From assembly GCA_905178155.1 (NCBI GenBank), contig CAJINV010000001.1, positions 12,073,832-12,137,831 of the forward strand: a stretch of DNA of 64,000 nucleotides. The letters run 5' to 3'. A program made the translations under genes and the position numbers. The number at the start of each line of letters is the position of its first letter. The stretch's first letter is position 1. The notes under the pieces are model-generated. The model saw only the letters and a program-made list of their open reading frames with translations. It did no database searches and was not told where the DNA came from. Origin of the DNA: Amoebophrya sp. A120. Its lineage: Eukaryota > Protista > Dinoflagellata. This document shows positions 51,801-64,000 of the stretch, piece after piece.

Positions 51801-54346
51801 TTTGGTTTTCTTTGTCCGGTGTGGTTCCTAGGGGAGGGGGCCACGTGGTGTGGTTTGGCTCATGGGGCCGCCTCTTCGTGGCCATGAGCCAAACCCCTCG
51901 GGCCCCCGCTCCTTTGCATTTGCCGGGGGCATCGCGCAGCGGCCCCGCTTCGGGAAATCAGGCACGCGCGACGCCGGGGCGTTTTGGTTTTCCAACCCAC
52001 ACCCGCGGCCCCGGGCGGCTAATGATGAGGGTAGTCCCGGCGGTAATTTCCGGGGTTAATCTCACCACAACGAAATCGGGAAGGTTTCGCTGGTTTTGAA
52101 ATTAAACCAAAAATCAGCCCTCAGATTAGAATATGAATTAGACCACAAATTACCCCCAAAACCCACGAAATTAAACTCCGCCCGGAAAACAATCACTCCG
52201 CCGGGCCACTTGGTGCTCAGTCGCTCGGTGCCGTTGGTCATTGGTTGTCTTGCTTTTTCTCGACACGCCGCCCGCCAGCAGTTCCCGCCCACTTGTGTTT
52301 TTTGTGTCTTTGGGTGGACTCCCTCCGGCCGCTGCCCTTTTCAATTTGCCCCGAAGATTGGGGGGCGGCGTTCTGGAAACCCACAAACAGAAAGCCCGCC
52401 GGGGCAGTGTTGCGGCCCCCGTTTTGTTTTGGTGGGGGCCTCCCGTGCGCAGGCTCTTTCAGCCGGCCCCGGGGTCTTTCTTCTGTGCCGGGCCACCCTT
52501 CGGCGCCTTGCCCGGCGCGCGCCTCCCCTCATGAGGGGCGCAGGGGGCCCTACAGGGTGGCGCCCGTGGTGGCGATGTGCCTTCGAAAATATGGCGGTAC
52601 CCCCGGCGCGCCTCCTAATCTGGCCCCTTCGGCGCCTGCTCCCTTTCGCGTTGGGGATTAGCCACCATTCAGCCAGGAATTAACGAAATAGCTTGCCACG
52701 GGCCGGCTGCCTGACGCAGGCAGAGGCCGGCCAGCGGCAGCCGGCACGCACGCACCGCAGGCAGAGGGAGACGGTTGGCACGCAGGCAGAGGCCGGCCAG
52801 CGGCAGCCGGTTGGCACGCAGGCAGAGGCCGGCCAGCGGCAGCCGGCAGGCAGAGGCTAGAGTCGGCCTGGCAGGCCGGAGCGGGGCAAGCAGCTGGCGC
52901 GGGGTTGTCGAAAGCCGGCGCGCGAACGCGCAGGCACAACGCCCCCACTGACATCGGGCCCCCTCTCCCTGTCTCCTTGCAGTTTACTCAGTCACCGACG
53001 TACCGGGCGCAACCGACAAACCCAAGCCCAGGCGAGCCCAGCAGGGCTCGCCCCGAGGCTTGTTTAATATTAAAGAAGAGTTACGACCCACTAGCATCCC
53101 TAAAATCCTTTTGCCGGAGCCGGACGAACAAAAAGTATAAGTCGACGAAAATGCATAGTGTATTATACGGTGTGCAGTAGATGAAGTGGGACGTAGTTGA
53201 AACTGAAAGTAAGAACGATGAACAATCGAAGTGAAGTATTAACGGTGAAGAAACTACATCTACTCGTTTTACCAATCTGTCATAGGTGAAGCCGCACTTC
53301 AAGGTCCTGGTCCCCATCATTCCAGAGCAGCCGAACGGCCCTTCAGGGGCCTCGCGAGCTGCCATAGCCATGTCTGCTTACGGGACCAACAACCCTGGCT
53401 CCAAACTGCTGGTCCTCTCCGACGCCGATATATCACAAGAAAAAAGTGTAAGTATACACTTCTGTGTGCAGCAACATCACAAACTTGCTCTGCATACCGG
53501 AGAAAACTTGCAATTTAGAGTTCATGAGAAAATAAACCACGTCTGAAGCTAGGCTCCTCGTGAGCGTATCCGGCATGACAGAGCTTATCTGTGTTGCCTG
53601 GAATGCACCACCATGAGCAACCGAATGGCATTTTTTTCTTTGCATAAACCATCGAGCGCATGGACTATTTTAGCTTGAGCGGAAATCGAGCGACCTTCAA
53701 ACAGTCCGATCCGTATGCGGTCTTTAGAAGGCCTCCACCGATCACGCCTCCGATCGGCGGTGGAAATCAGAATCCCTCCCAACCGGCCTCGAGCCCCCCG
53801 CATTCGCAGCCGGACTGGAATTACAGTGCTGGGCAGTACGGAGTACACCACGAGGAGGTACCGGTGGGAATCGTCCTGGGGCTGGTATTTGGGTTCTACC
53901 TGCTGCTGGGCTTGGGTATTTGGGGCTGCGTGTGCTGGACCACGAAAAGAAACCGCGAAAAAGGCGAGCGAGAACTCGCGGAGCAGAAGAAGTTGGCGGA
54001 AGAGAATCGGCACTTGCTCTACAACCAGTACCACACCATGAACGCTTTCAGCAACCCCTACGAAAACGGCTTCCATCAGGCTGCTCAACAAGAAACCACC
54101 CCTGGATCGACAGATGTTGGCGCCACAAACAGTGGAGCGGGAGGACCAAAAAGTCAAAGCAACATCCATACCTTTGGCACGCTCCAGGGCGGCGGCGTAA
54201 GTGGGGTGCAGCACCAACAGCAGGCCGCGCAGCAACCGCTTGCACAGATGTACGGGGGTTCGAACAACAACATTTACGGCTTCAACAACAGCGCACTGCA
54301 ACAACCCGCGATCATCAACTACGGCGCTACCGATCACTATGCGTGA
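48879..54346 (+). CDS. Membrane-anchored peptidase S51 (dipeptidase E/cyanophycinase)-like protein; multi-exon
   Basis: Signal-like LAGLLFLLVTDATVA; VLNLGGG, FAYSAGAVVIG and LKLLGPYQ|VKPHF across GT-AG intron 50289-53285; C-terminal TM VGIVLGLVFGFYLLLGLGIWGCVCW. Other probable introns 49272-49387, 49711-49972 and the insert at 53431. Confidence 0.6.
50373..50662. repeat. Foldback-like structure: ccttaag units on the left, cttaagg units on the right
   Basis: About 4 copies of aact(c)nttaag at 50373-50422 and about 8 reverse-complement-like ct(t)taaggg units at 50563-50662. Confidence 0.7.
50770..51470. repeat. GC-rich minisatellite, ~37-bp unit ggcaggtaggacagaggccagcggcagccggcccgcc
   Basis: About 9 near-identical units at 51060-51400 with degenerate flanks; a related block lies at 52700-52880. 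Confidence 0.88.
52700..52880. repeat. Second block of the ggccagcggcagccgg minisatellite
   Basis: gcaggcagaggccggccagcggcagccgg occurs three times. Confidence 0.8.
53431..53646. mobile_element. Decayed family-E introner (216 bp)
   Basis: Left end tatcacaagaaaaaagtgt is identical to the 44528 copy; shared internal aaaacttg and ttatctgtgttgc; right end catttttttctttgcata; TSD not recognisable, but removal of 221 nt joins ORFs 53286 and 53660. Confidence 0.75.
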
Positions 54347-55242
54347 AGCAAGCATTTTTTGTTACTCGCTCCTAGTGTTCTGTTTCTTTCTGCTGCTGCA
54401 TAGAGGAGAACATGGTAGAACAGGACGCTCAACGTCAACAAACTGACAAGGGGTTAAACGTTGAATGCCATAAAAATGAAATATCATGTTCATGTTTTGG
54501 AGATGAAGATGTTTACTAGGAGTTTTTGAGTTTTTGTAAACAGTGATTCCTCGCACTGGTTCTCATGCCGCGATGCCCGCTCGGCCTCGGACGATAGTAC
54601 TTGAGAATCATAGTCGCATGATTGAAAAAAGATAACTATGGGAGTCTCAAGATGAAGGATAATTTGGAATGCAAATCAATTTGACGGTGAAGATCCGTCG
54701 CGACCTAAGTTTAGCATAATCACACCGACTGTAATCAACCTTATAACGCTATCTAGGACCTATTACGCACTATAAGCCGAACACAGACGCCCACAGACCG
54801 ATAGATATTTCGGATACAGAAAAACAGCCTCTGCTTGGTCCGTCAGCGAGAATGCTCGGCGCTGCGTTTCTCGCACGCACGCGCATTAGTCACCTTGCAT
54901 CATCAGGAGGTGGAGGTACACGTTGATTTACAATTTTGGAATAGATATATAAATGAGTAGATGCATCATGCAGGACAAATTTATTACGCGTGAACCAGAA
55001 ACGACGCAAAGAGTCTGAGAATACATCGGTATTGGTTGAGCAGTTCGAAAATTTTGAGAAAATTCGGAGTTCCCCCGCTAGGACGGCAAACGCTTACGCG
55101 TAGGGTAGTTTAATTTGTTGCTCGTGCCGGCTTCCGCTTTTGTGCCCTGTGACGCAGTTGGTTTTCCTTGGCTTCTACTCTTCATCTTACTGTTACTTTG
55201 TCAGTTCGCACTTTTGGTTGGAGAAAAAATTTCAACTTAATC

Positions 55243-56954
55243 TGGTAACCAAATGCGTGCGCGCGCGCGCGCAGAGCGCGCGCCGGCCCACGAAGCCGGC
55301 GCGCGCGCTCTGCGCGCTTGCGATATTGCTTAGCAAACGCAGCGCGAAGGCAGTTGCCGTTACCATATAGGGCAACCGCCGGGAGGCGTGAAGGTCAGGG
55401 AAATGGCCAGAAATGAAGCGGGAGAAGGGAAAAAAAGCGGACCAGATGGGAAAATGGCCAGGAGGTCAAAAATGACGCAAAAACGGCAGAAACCAAGCGG
55501 GAGAAGGTGAAAAAAGAGCATTTTTGCGGTCTGGCCCACTTAGTATCTGAAAAAGAGGCGGACTATTTTTTGCTCCGCCCGCTGGCCAGCTGCGTTGGAG
55601 CAGCAGGCCCGCGACCTGTTCGGAAGCCTTGGGCCGCTTCGTAACTGGAAAAAGTTGGAAAAAAATGGCGAAAAATTGCTTTATAACGTGGGGGGAAGCA
55701 ATCGCCGGATTTTGTGCAGATCACCCGGGCCACTTGGAAAATGAAAAAAGATGAGAAATTGCGCAAAAGCGCAATCCTTCCGCAGGCTTCAAAACTGCCA
55801 GTCAGATGCGTGCGGTAAAAATGTGCAGGTCGCCCGGGCCACTTGGAAAATGAAAAAAGATGATAAATTGCGCAAAAGCGCAATCCTTCCGCAGGCTTTA
55901 AAACTGCCAGTCAGATGCGTGCGGTAAAAATGTGCAGGTCGCCCGGGCCACTTGGAAAATGAAAAAAGATGATAAATTGCGCAAAAGCGCAATCCTTCCG
56001 CAGGCTTTAAAACTGCCAGTCAGATGCGTGCGGTAAAAATGTGCAGGTCGCCCGGGCCACTTGGAAAATGAAAAAAGATGATAAATTGCGCAAAAGCGCA
56101 ATCCTTCCGCAGGCTTTAAAACTGCCAGTCAGATGCGTGCGGTAAAAATGTGCAGGTCGCCCGGGCCACTTGGAAAATGAAAAAAGATGAAAAATTGCGC
56201 AAAAGCGCAATCCCTCCGCAGGCTTCAAAACTGCCAGTCATCTGCGGGCGGTGAAAATGTCCAGAGCCCTTCGGCCACCTAAGAACCAGAAAAAAGAGCG
56301 AAAATTGAAAAAAATCGAGAACCCTCGGCAGGCTTACAAACTGGCCGCCAAGGGCGGTCCGGCGGGCGCGCGCTTGCGCCGTACCATCGCGATTGGGAAA
56401 AAAAAAACGCACTACAAGCGGGCGGAGGCATGTCCCAAAGTCCCGATTTGGCCGGGGTTGTGAGCACCAATTCGGGACCTCCGCCGCGTCTGAAATGGCC
56501 GATTTTGGTTGCCCGGAAGGGTTCGCGGGTTTTCGGCTTTCCGCATACCTTCCTGGCCAGGCGGCCAGTTTGTCACGCAGGGGGCTAGAGAGGATGCCCC
56601 GCTGCGAAATAGCAGACCGGATTTCGCCTTCAATGCTTATCGCAGGAGCCTGCGGGCCGCCGCGGGCGACAGTAGTTGTCCGCGGCCCTTTAGGGCCGCG
56701 GGGAAGTGGTGGAGCCCGCGGCGGCCCGCAGGCTCCTGCGATAAGCTTTGAATGCGAATCCGGAAGCCCCCGATGACCCAGATACCTTCCTGGCCAGGGG
56801 GCCAGTTTCTCATGCAGGGGGCTTGCAGAAGAAGGAGTGGGACTGTAATCAAAAATAAATAGCGCCAAAGCGCGGCCCGCAGGGCCGCGCTTTCGCCGCG
56901 CGGCTGGTTAGGCTTTCGCGCTGGTTAGAATTTCGCGCACGCATTTGGTTACCA
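55243..56954. mobile_element. 1.7-kb non-autonomous TIR element containing a tandem array and hairpins
   Basis: Perfect 21-bp TIR tggtaaccaaatgcgtgcgcg at 55243-55263 and 56934-56954; no transposase ORF seen; TSD unclear. Confidence 0.8.
55713..56257. repeat. 109-bp tandem repeat, 5 copies
   Basis: Units start at 55713, 55822, 55931, 56040 and 56149 and are near-identical with no spacers. Confidence 0.95.
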
Positions 56955-57779
56955 ATATCGCCCTCCGGGCGCGACCTTCATACAATTAACGATGCCCTTC
57001 CGGATCTTGTACTTCAATTTAAGTAAGCTACGAGTGCAGAAAAAATGGCACTGACTCGAGTGGAAAATGTTATCTCAGGTTCATTACACCTGTGCACCCA
57101 GGGTCGGTGTCGCCGCAAGCGCGTTGGCACAGAACCCGAAGTCATATGTGAAGGTGGACACATCACATACGTCTCGCATTGCGGCCACGATACGCATGGT
57201 GAGAGAGTGGCAGCACCGCTGTAGAAAAGATAGACACAGACGCGCACGTAGTTTTGTGGAAGCAAGAATAAACTGCGAGGACGTCGACGCTTGCGACGTG
57301 AGTAGTAAGTCTACTGAATCTCCTGTTTGGCAGAGGCTCTGCCACAAGTCGAGCGAGGATTTGGATGTACCCTAGAGCTAGACGCAGCTTTCTGGGCCGT
57401 TCTGTGTCTTTCATGGAAAATTACCTGCAGATCACACAGCCGTTGAGAACGAAATGCAGATGGAAGGATGGATCTCGCAAAAATCTATGCAAATGATGGA
57501 TCCTCGAACAAGAAATGAAATAAATGCTCAGAAAGATCGATGAGTCGTGCTGGTGGTAACCACGAACGCAGGCATCGACGACGAGAGGTACTGTGGTGAA
57601 GCTAATGAAAGGTGCCAATTTTCGGTATGGGTTTCTACTTCTGCAGAGAACGTTGAGCATTGAGAAACGAACAATCAGCAGCATTCACCTCAAGTGCGTA
57701 GTACTTCCGTGTTTGTGTACGATCATCGATACGAACTACTACTGAAATTATAGTTCTCCATTTACTTGTACAAAACTAA

Positions 57780-59300
<1,521 letters not shown>

Positions 59301-60166
59301 GACGGAAGGCGTGAAGATTATTCTCCGCGACAGTCACGAAAGCGAAAGCCAGCAAACGACCAGAACGACCTATAATTTCGAAAGAGAAAAGACAGCAGAA
59401 TCTACATCACTCAAACGACAAAAGCCACAGGAGTCGGGCATTATCGAGACGACAACGATATCTCATGTCCCGGAGACCACGACAGAACATCGATGTAGTT
59501 CAAAAGCACTACTTGATGAATCTTTGAAAGTTCGACGTGTTTTGACACTAGTTCTTGAGTTTATCAGTGTGAACAGCAACGGCAGAAGCACAACGATACG
59601 AACGATGGGCGTGTGGCTACTTCTGCGTTCCAACTCCGAAGGCATTCAGGTCGTGTTTATTGCACGTAAATGCCGCGCACGAGTACGTACGTGGCGTTGC
59701 AGAATGATTTGATCGCGCTTTCTTTTTTTCGTTTTGACTTTTTTCTTCTTTTCGCCTTACCTTCACGTCGACATTTTCGGCACCAAATATCAAAGAGAGT
59801 CTCGCAAAATGCTTCGTAGGAGCGCCTGCATCGCAAAGTTCGTTGCAGCATGTTATGACCAGAGAGGAGCGTTTTTGAGTGTCGACCCGCAAAATGCAAT
59901 TTGGAGAAAGAAGGAAAACCAAGTGACAGAGTCTTTCACTACGAGCGCCTCGCCTCGTCTAGTTTCGTCAAATTTGGTAAATTGCATTGTGGACAATAAA
60001 GTTGCGGTTCTTGCATTCTGGCATTTGTCTGAATCTCAAACGCAAACATTGCGGAAGAAACTCAGTATCTGATTCTGGGGTTACTTAGATCATGGTCTCA
60101 CGTCCGCGTTGCGTTTGCGCTCCTGGAGGTTCGTTGTAGCTTGTTGCGGCCACATATCAGCTCGAT

Positions 60167-63100
60167 ATGGCTGATTCGGCGAGTGTAACGTCGACGGTGA
60201 CGGCGTCAGCGCTGAACACGCCTCGGGGGAAACACGATCCGAATAAACCCGACTATGAGGTGCAGACGCACTCTGGCGTTCCGAAGGAAAAGAAAAAAGT
60301 CGTCAACTATGCGGTGGGGACTACAGGTAATGCTAGCTCGACTAGCGAGATTTGCTCCTACAAGGACGAAATACAGGCCTTGCCCTTGTATCCACACGTT
60401 GACATCATGAAGTAGGCCGAGATGAAGTGAGTTCAAAAGAGATTTTTTGTATCGTTTCACATCACAACATTGACATTTCCAAAAAAAACAGTCGGGCACC
60501 GTGAGACCTTCGGCGACAACCTGCGACTCAGTGCAGGGTACCCGCGGATTTTCTTCCAGACCACGTATCAAATGTAAAAATGTCTGGGTCTGGAAGAATG
60601 CAACTTGTGATGCGGATTCTGGAACAGGCCAAAAATCTGTATTGCGTAGTCAGCAAATTGTGCCAGATTTTTGTCTCCAGAAGTGGGCATTTGTCATGCG
60701 GAATAGGCATGGAGAAGCTCAGCTGCCACAGAGTTTGTCATGCTCTGTGTGCATTCCAGACCTTTTTGTAGATGTAAAAAATGCATGACACATGTCTGAT
60801 TTCTACCAGACCCAGACATTTTTGCATTTGATACCACAACGCAGGTGACTATAGAGCTGATGGTGGAGCGGCCGGCCGCGGTGATCTGCCAGTGCGTGGA
60901 GGTGCCAGACTCGGCACGGAAGCACGACGCGTACCAGTACGCGGATGCGAGTTTCGAGAAGTCACAGACGGTGACGATACGGACCCTAACCCGGGAAAGG
61001 GACCTGCTGATTCAGCGTCTGAGGAAGAAGATGGAAAAGCCCGGGCTCGACGACGCGCAGGACTCCGATGAGGACGAGGAAGTTCTGAAGCGCGACGTCA
61101 CGGACACGGGGCGGGAGAAGCCCTACGTCAAGCCGATCAGGTTTGAGGCCAACCTGCACGGCTCGCACGCCCGGCCGAAGTTTTACGAGCAGTTTCACTT
61201 CGCCACGCCCATGCTGGTCCGCTTCCACGCCGGGCACGTGCCGAAGACGCTGCCCCTCGTCGGGCTCAAGGCCGACGGGCAGTACGAGTTCTACGCGACG
61301 GTGATTGACGACTCGCTCGTTCCGTTCTACCGGAAGATGGTAAACGAGACCATTCTCGCTTCCTGGATGGTGCTCACCGCCTGGGAGGTGGATATGGCCT
61401 CCGGGACGAACAAGAAGAACCAGAAGCAGAGCGAGGGGCTCGTGTCCAAAGCCGGGCACCAGCGGATCAGCAACATCAAAAAAGCCTGCACGGAAACGTC
61501 CACGAAGTTCCCGTTCGCAGCGGACCAGCGCTACCCGTCCCACCCCCTGCACACGGAGCTGTCCTCACTACCGCAGCCCTGGAACCTGGAGATGATGTCC
61601 GAGAGTTTGCATTTCTACGTGAAGCACGGCCGGGATTTGAGTCCAGCGAGCAAGGCGAAAAACAAGGACGCGGACGACGACCTGCCGCCCGGGTTTTTCT
61701 CGCGGAAGGGCGTTGATCCGGAGCAGCTAACGACGCTGGTGTCGTTTGCGCGACTGCGGTTCGAGACGTTGTCGAAGCACCCGAAGTTCTTGGACATCAG
61801 CTTCGTGCCCAACGGGGTACGGTTTCGGCTCGACCGCCCGAACTGCATGGTCTACTGGGTCCCGGTCAACCCGGCTCGGGACGAGATGGCGCAGAGGGTC
61901 CGGGCACAGAACGCGACTGGAGGGGTCCTCGCAAATAAGAGCGCTTCATCAAGTACATCGGCTCTGGTCCCCCCGACCGCGAGTTCGGTGGCTGCAAAAA
62001 AGATGAACCAGACACATTTAAACGAGCACGACTTCTCTAATACAGGGATGGCGCGAACAAGACGAAACGACGAACTGGATTCACTCATATCATCCCCCGG
62101 TTATGAGACGACAGAATGTCCTTTGCTCTCCCTCCCCCCCTCATTTGATGTCATGCGAGTTTAAAAGTTGTGATGCAGATGAAGCTGCTACGAAACTCTT
62201 GTGATGCTGTCTCAAAGACGGTGCCGTTCAAATCAGGGAAAGAGACTCACTTGTGCCCCCTCATACCCGTGGACGGTCGGACAAGAACGTGTTCGATGAG
62301 CTACTGGAGCAGGACGAGGAGGAGAAGGACCGCGCCGCTGCCGCGGACGACGCGGAGAACGCAAAGTCGACCGCAAACAAAGAGGACGCCGGCTCGCAGG
62401 CTACGAGCCCCTCCGCCGTCTCCTCCTCGCCGGCTGCCCCCTCGGCGCCGGCCGCACCGGCGCCCGTGCCCTACAAGGCCCTGGATCCGAGACTGAAGCC
62501 CTACGCACTCGCGGCCGCGGGCGATCTGGCGGGGACCGGCGCCCCCGACAGCGACGACGAATTTGCCGTGAATAAAAGCCTATCAAATGCAAAAATGTAT
62601 GGGTCTGGAGGAATGCAACCTGTGATGCTGCGTTTGGATTCCAAAAAAATCTGTATTGCATGAGCAGCAAATAAGGGAGTGCAATTTTTGCTACGGGAAG
62701 AGGGCACTTGTTATGCGGAATAGGCATCAAGAAGCCCTCAAAAAATCTCTGATGCTAGGGCATGCATCACAGACGTCACGGCTCATTTAAAACTTGCATG
62801 ACAAGTCTCAGAATCTTCCAGACCCAGACATTTTTGCAGTGCATAAAGCCCGAAGGAGCAGGCCCCCGACCAGCACTTCGAAGCGAGTCTGATCGTCCGC
62901 GATAGGGCGATCGCGGCGGGGCACTACCTAAACGTGACCGGGGAGAAGGGGTTCATCACCCTCCCGCCCGCCTTCCAGGGCCGTCCGCTCGACTTTGTCG
63001 CGGAAACCATCCCCGACACGACGCGAGCGAAGTCCGCGGTGGAGGTGCAGCGACTCGGGCCCGGCAGAGACAATTTGAAGGACGTAAAGATCCGGAAAAT

Positions 63101-64000
63101 GTTTGATCCGTTGTTCTCCTCTCTCCGGCCGCGCTCCATGATGCCAAAACCGTACCGCCTCTTCTACCAGCAGCCGCAAGTGCCGGAAGAAGAGCTGGAA
63201 GCCACGATATCCTCGCCGTTGCGCACCAGAACTTCTTCCGGAGGTGTTGGCGGGGGACCAGCAGCAGCCCCCGGTGCAGCTGCCAGCAAGCTGTCCCCGT
63301 TTTCAACATCTTCGCCGTTCGGCAGTCGGCGCGCCACGAGGAATTCAATTTCCGTGAGCGGCGCCGGCCCCGCGGCCGCAGACAAAAATACAACTCCCGC
63401 GGGGAAGTTTATCGACCGAAAAGACGCCAAAGGGTATTTGGACACCCCGCAAAGCGCGTACGCCCCGGGCGCCGCGGTGCACTTTGAGAAGACGCCGCAA
63501 AACTTGCAGCGGTTCGCGCTGCGCCGCACCGACATCGTGAGTGGCACGCCGGATGCGGAGCTGGTGCAGACCTTCGGCCCCGACGTCGTCCCGGAGGTCT
63601 TTCCCTACTCGCGGAAACTCGTGTCGGTGTCCGAGTCGCTGAAGACCAGCTACGGCCGTCCGCCGGAGCACATCAAGATGCAAAGCAGCTTGGACGTGGA
63701 GCTGCAGGAGCCGCGGCCCTTCGTACCACAACATACGGTCATCACGGACGAAAATCGGTACGAAAACGACGGTATGCATGGCAAAAGTATCGTACTAGTA
63801 TAAATCGCATTACAAATTTGCTCAGCATGAGAAATGCAATTTTTCATGCTGTTTTACCTTGGAACGGAAATTTGTAATGCATGACTGCGATTACTACCAG
63901 TACGATACTTTTGCACAGGACAGACGGCGAGGACCCGAACGCGGTGAAAAAGGCGAAGCCCTACTACTACCAGCAGCTGCAGTATGGGAGTGTCAGGATC
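60167..64000 (+). CDS. Hypothetical protein, 3' end outside the window; carries five introners
   Basis: GT-AG intron 60327-60491 and inserts at 60566, 62102, 62581 and 63773 join ORFs 60167, 60845, 62253 and 62934 in frame; strong GC3 bias; no recognised domain. Confidence 0.7.
60566..60833. mobile_element. Family-A introner (268 bp), TSD CCACG/CCACA
   Basis: Family-A TIRs; removal of 273 nt gives RIFFQTT-TQVTIEL. Confidence 0.92.
62102..62265. mobile_element. Degenerate family-F introner (164 bp), TSD CCGGT/CCCGT
   Basis: tatgag...ctcata ends; internal tgtcatgc and two tgtgatgc; removal of 169 nt joins ORFs 60845 and 62253. Confidence 0.78.
62581..62845. mobile_element. Family-A introner (265 bp), TSD AAGCC
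   Basis: Family-A TIRs; closely similar to the 39793 copy; removal gives VNKS-PKEQ in frame with ORF 62934. Confidence 0.93.
63773..63922. mobile_element. Family-B introner (150 bp), TSD GACGG, inverted orientation
   Basis: tatgcatggcaaaagtatcgtact...agtacgatacttttgcacaggaca; removal gives END-GEDPN. Confidence 0.92.
63983..64000. mobile_element. Probable left end of another family-G introner, truncated by the window
   Basis: tatgggagtgtcagg resembles the TIRs of the 19800 element (tatggaagcgtcagg and tatggatgtgtcagg). Confidence 0.55.

Noticed and set aside
46525-52954. Pro/Gly/Ala/Arg-rich ORFs over the GC repeats as genes or a transposase
   Set aside because: They are translations of minisatellites; no DDE, reverse transcriptase or recombinase motif was recognised anywhere in the window.
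55713-56257. CRISPR array, or repeated small ORFs MRFCAIYHLF
   Set aside because: Head-to-tail 109-bp units have no unique spacers and no cas genes are nearby; the ORFs are by-products of the repeat.

Overview
Eukaryotic, intron-rich genomic DNA. All recognisable genes lie on the + strand: a PP1-like phosphatase apparently fused to a ~2,100-aa tail, a large membrane-anchored low-complexity protein, a receptor-like single-pass PARP, a DHHC palmitoyltransferase, ribonucleotide reductase large subunit, an EF-hand protein, an S51-like peptidase, class III alcohol dehydrogenase and a hypothetical gene running off the end. The unidirectional gene array and non-canonical inverted-repeat introns resemble the syndinian dinoflagellate Amoebophrya (inference). 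The main signal is a set of 17 MITE-like inserts (16 complete, 1 cut by the window end) from about 7 sequence families. Nearly all have TAT...ATA termini, terminal inverted repeats and 5-bp target duplications. Fifteen sit inside coding exons, three of them in conserved RNR motifs. None has GT-AG boundaries, two families occur in both orientations, and removing the element plus one duplication gives an in-frame join in all 15 cases. Unrelated families share a multi-copy internal motif GCATNACA/TGTNATGC. Also present: a 69-bp perfect hairpin, a 1.7-kb TIR element with a 109-bp tandem array, GC-rich minisatellites and a 3-kb intron. All gene models were read by eye and lack transcript support.
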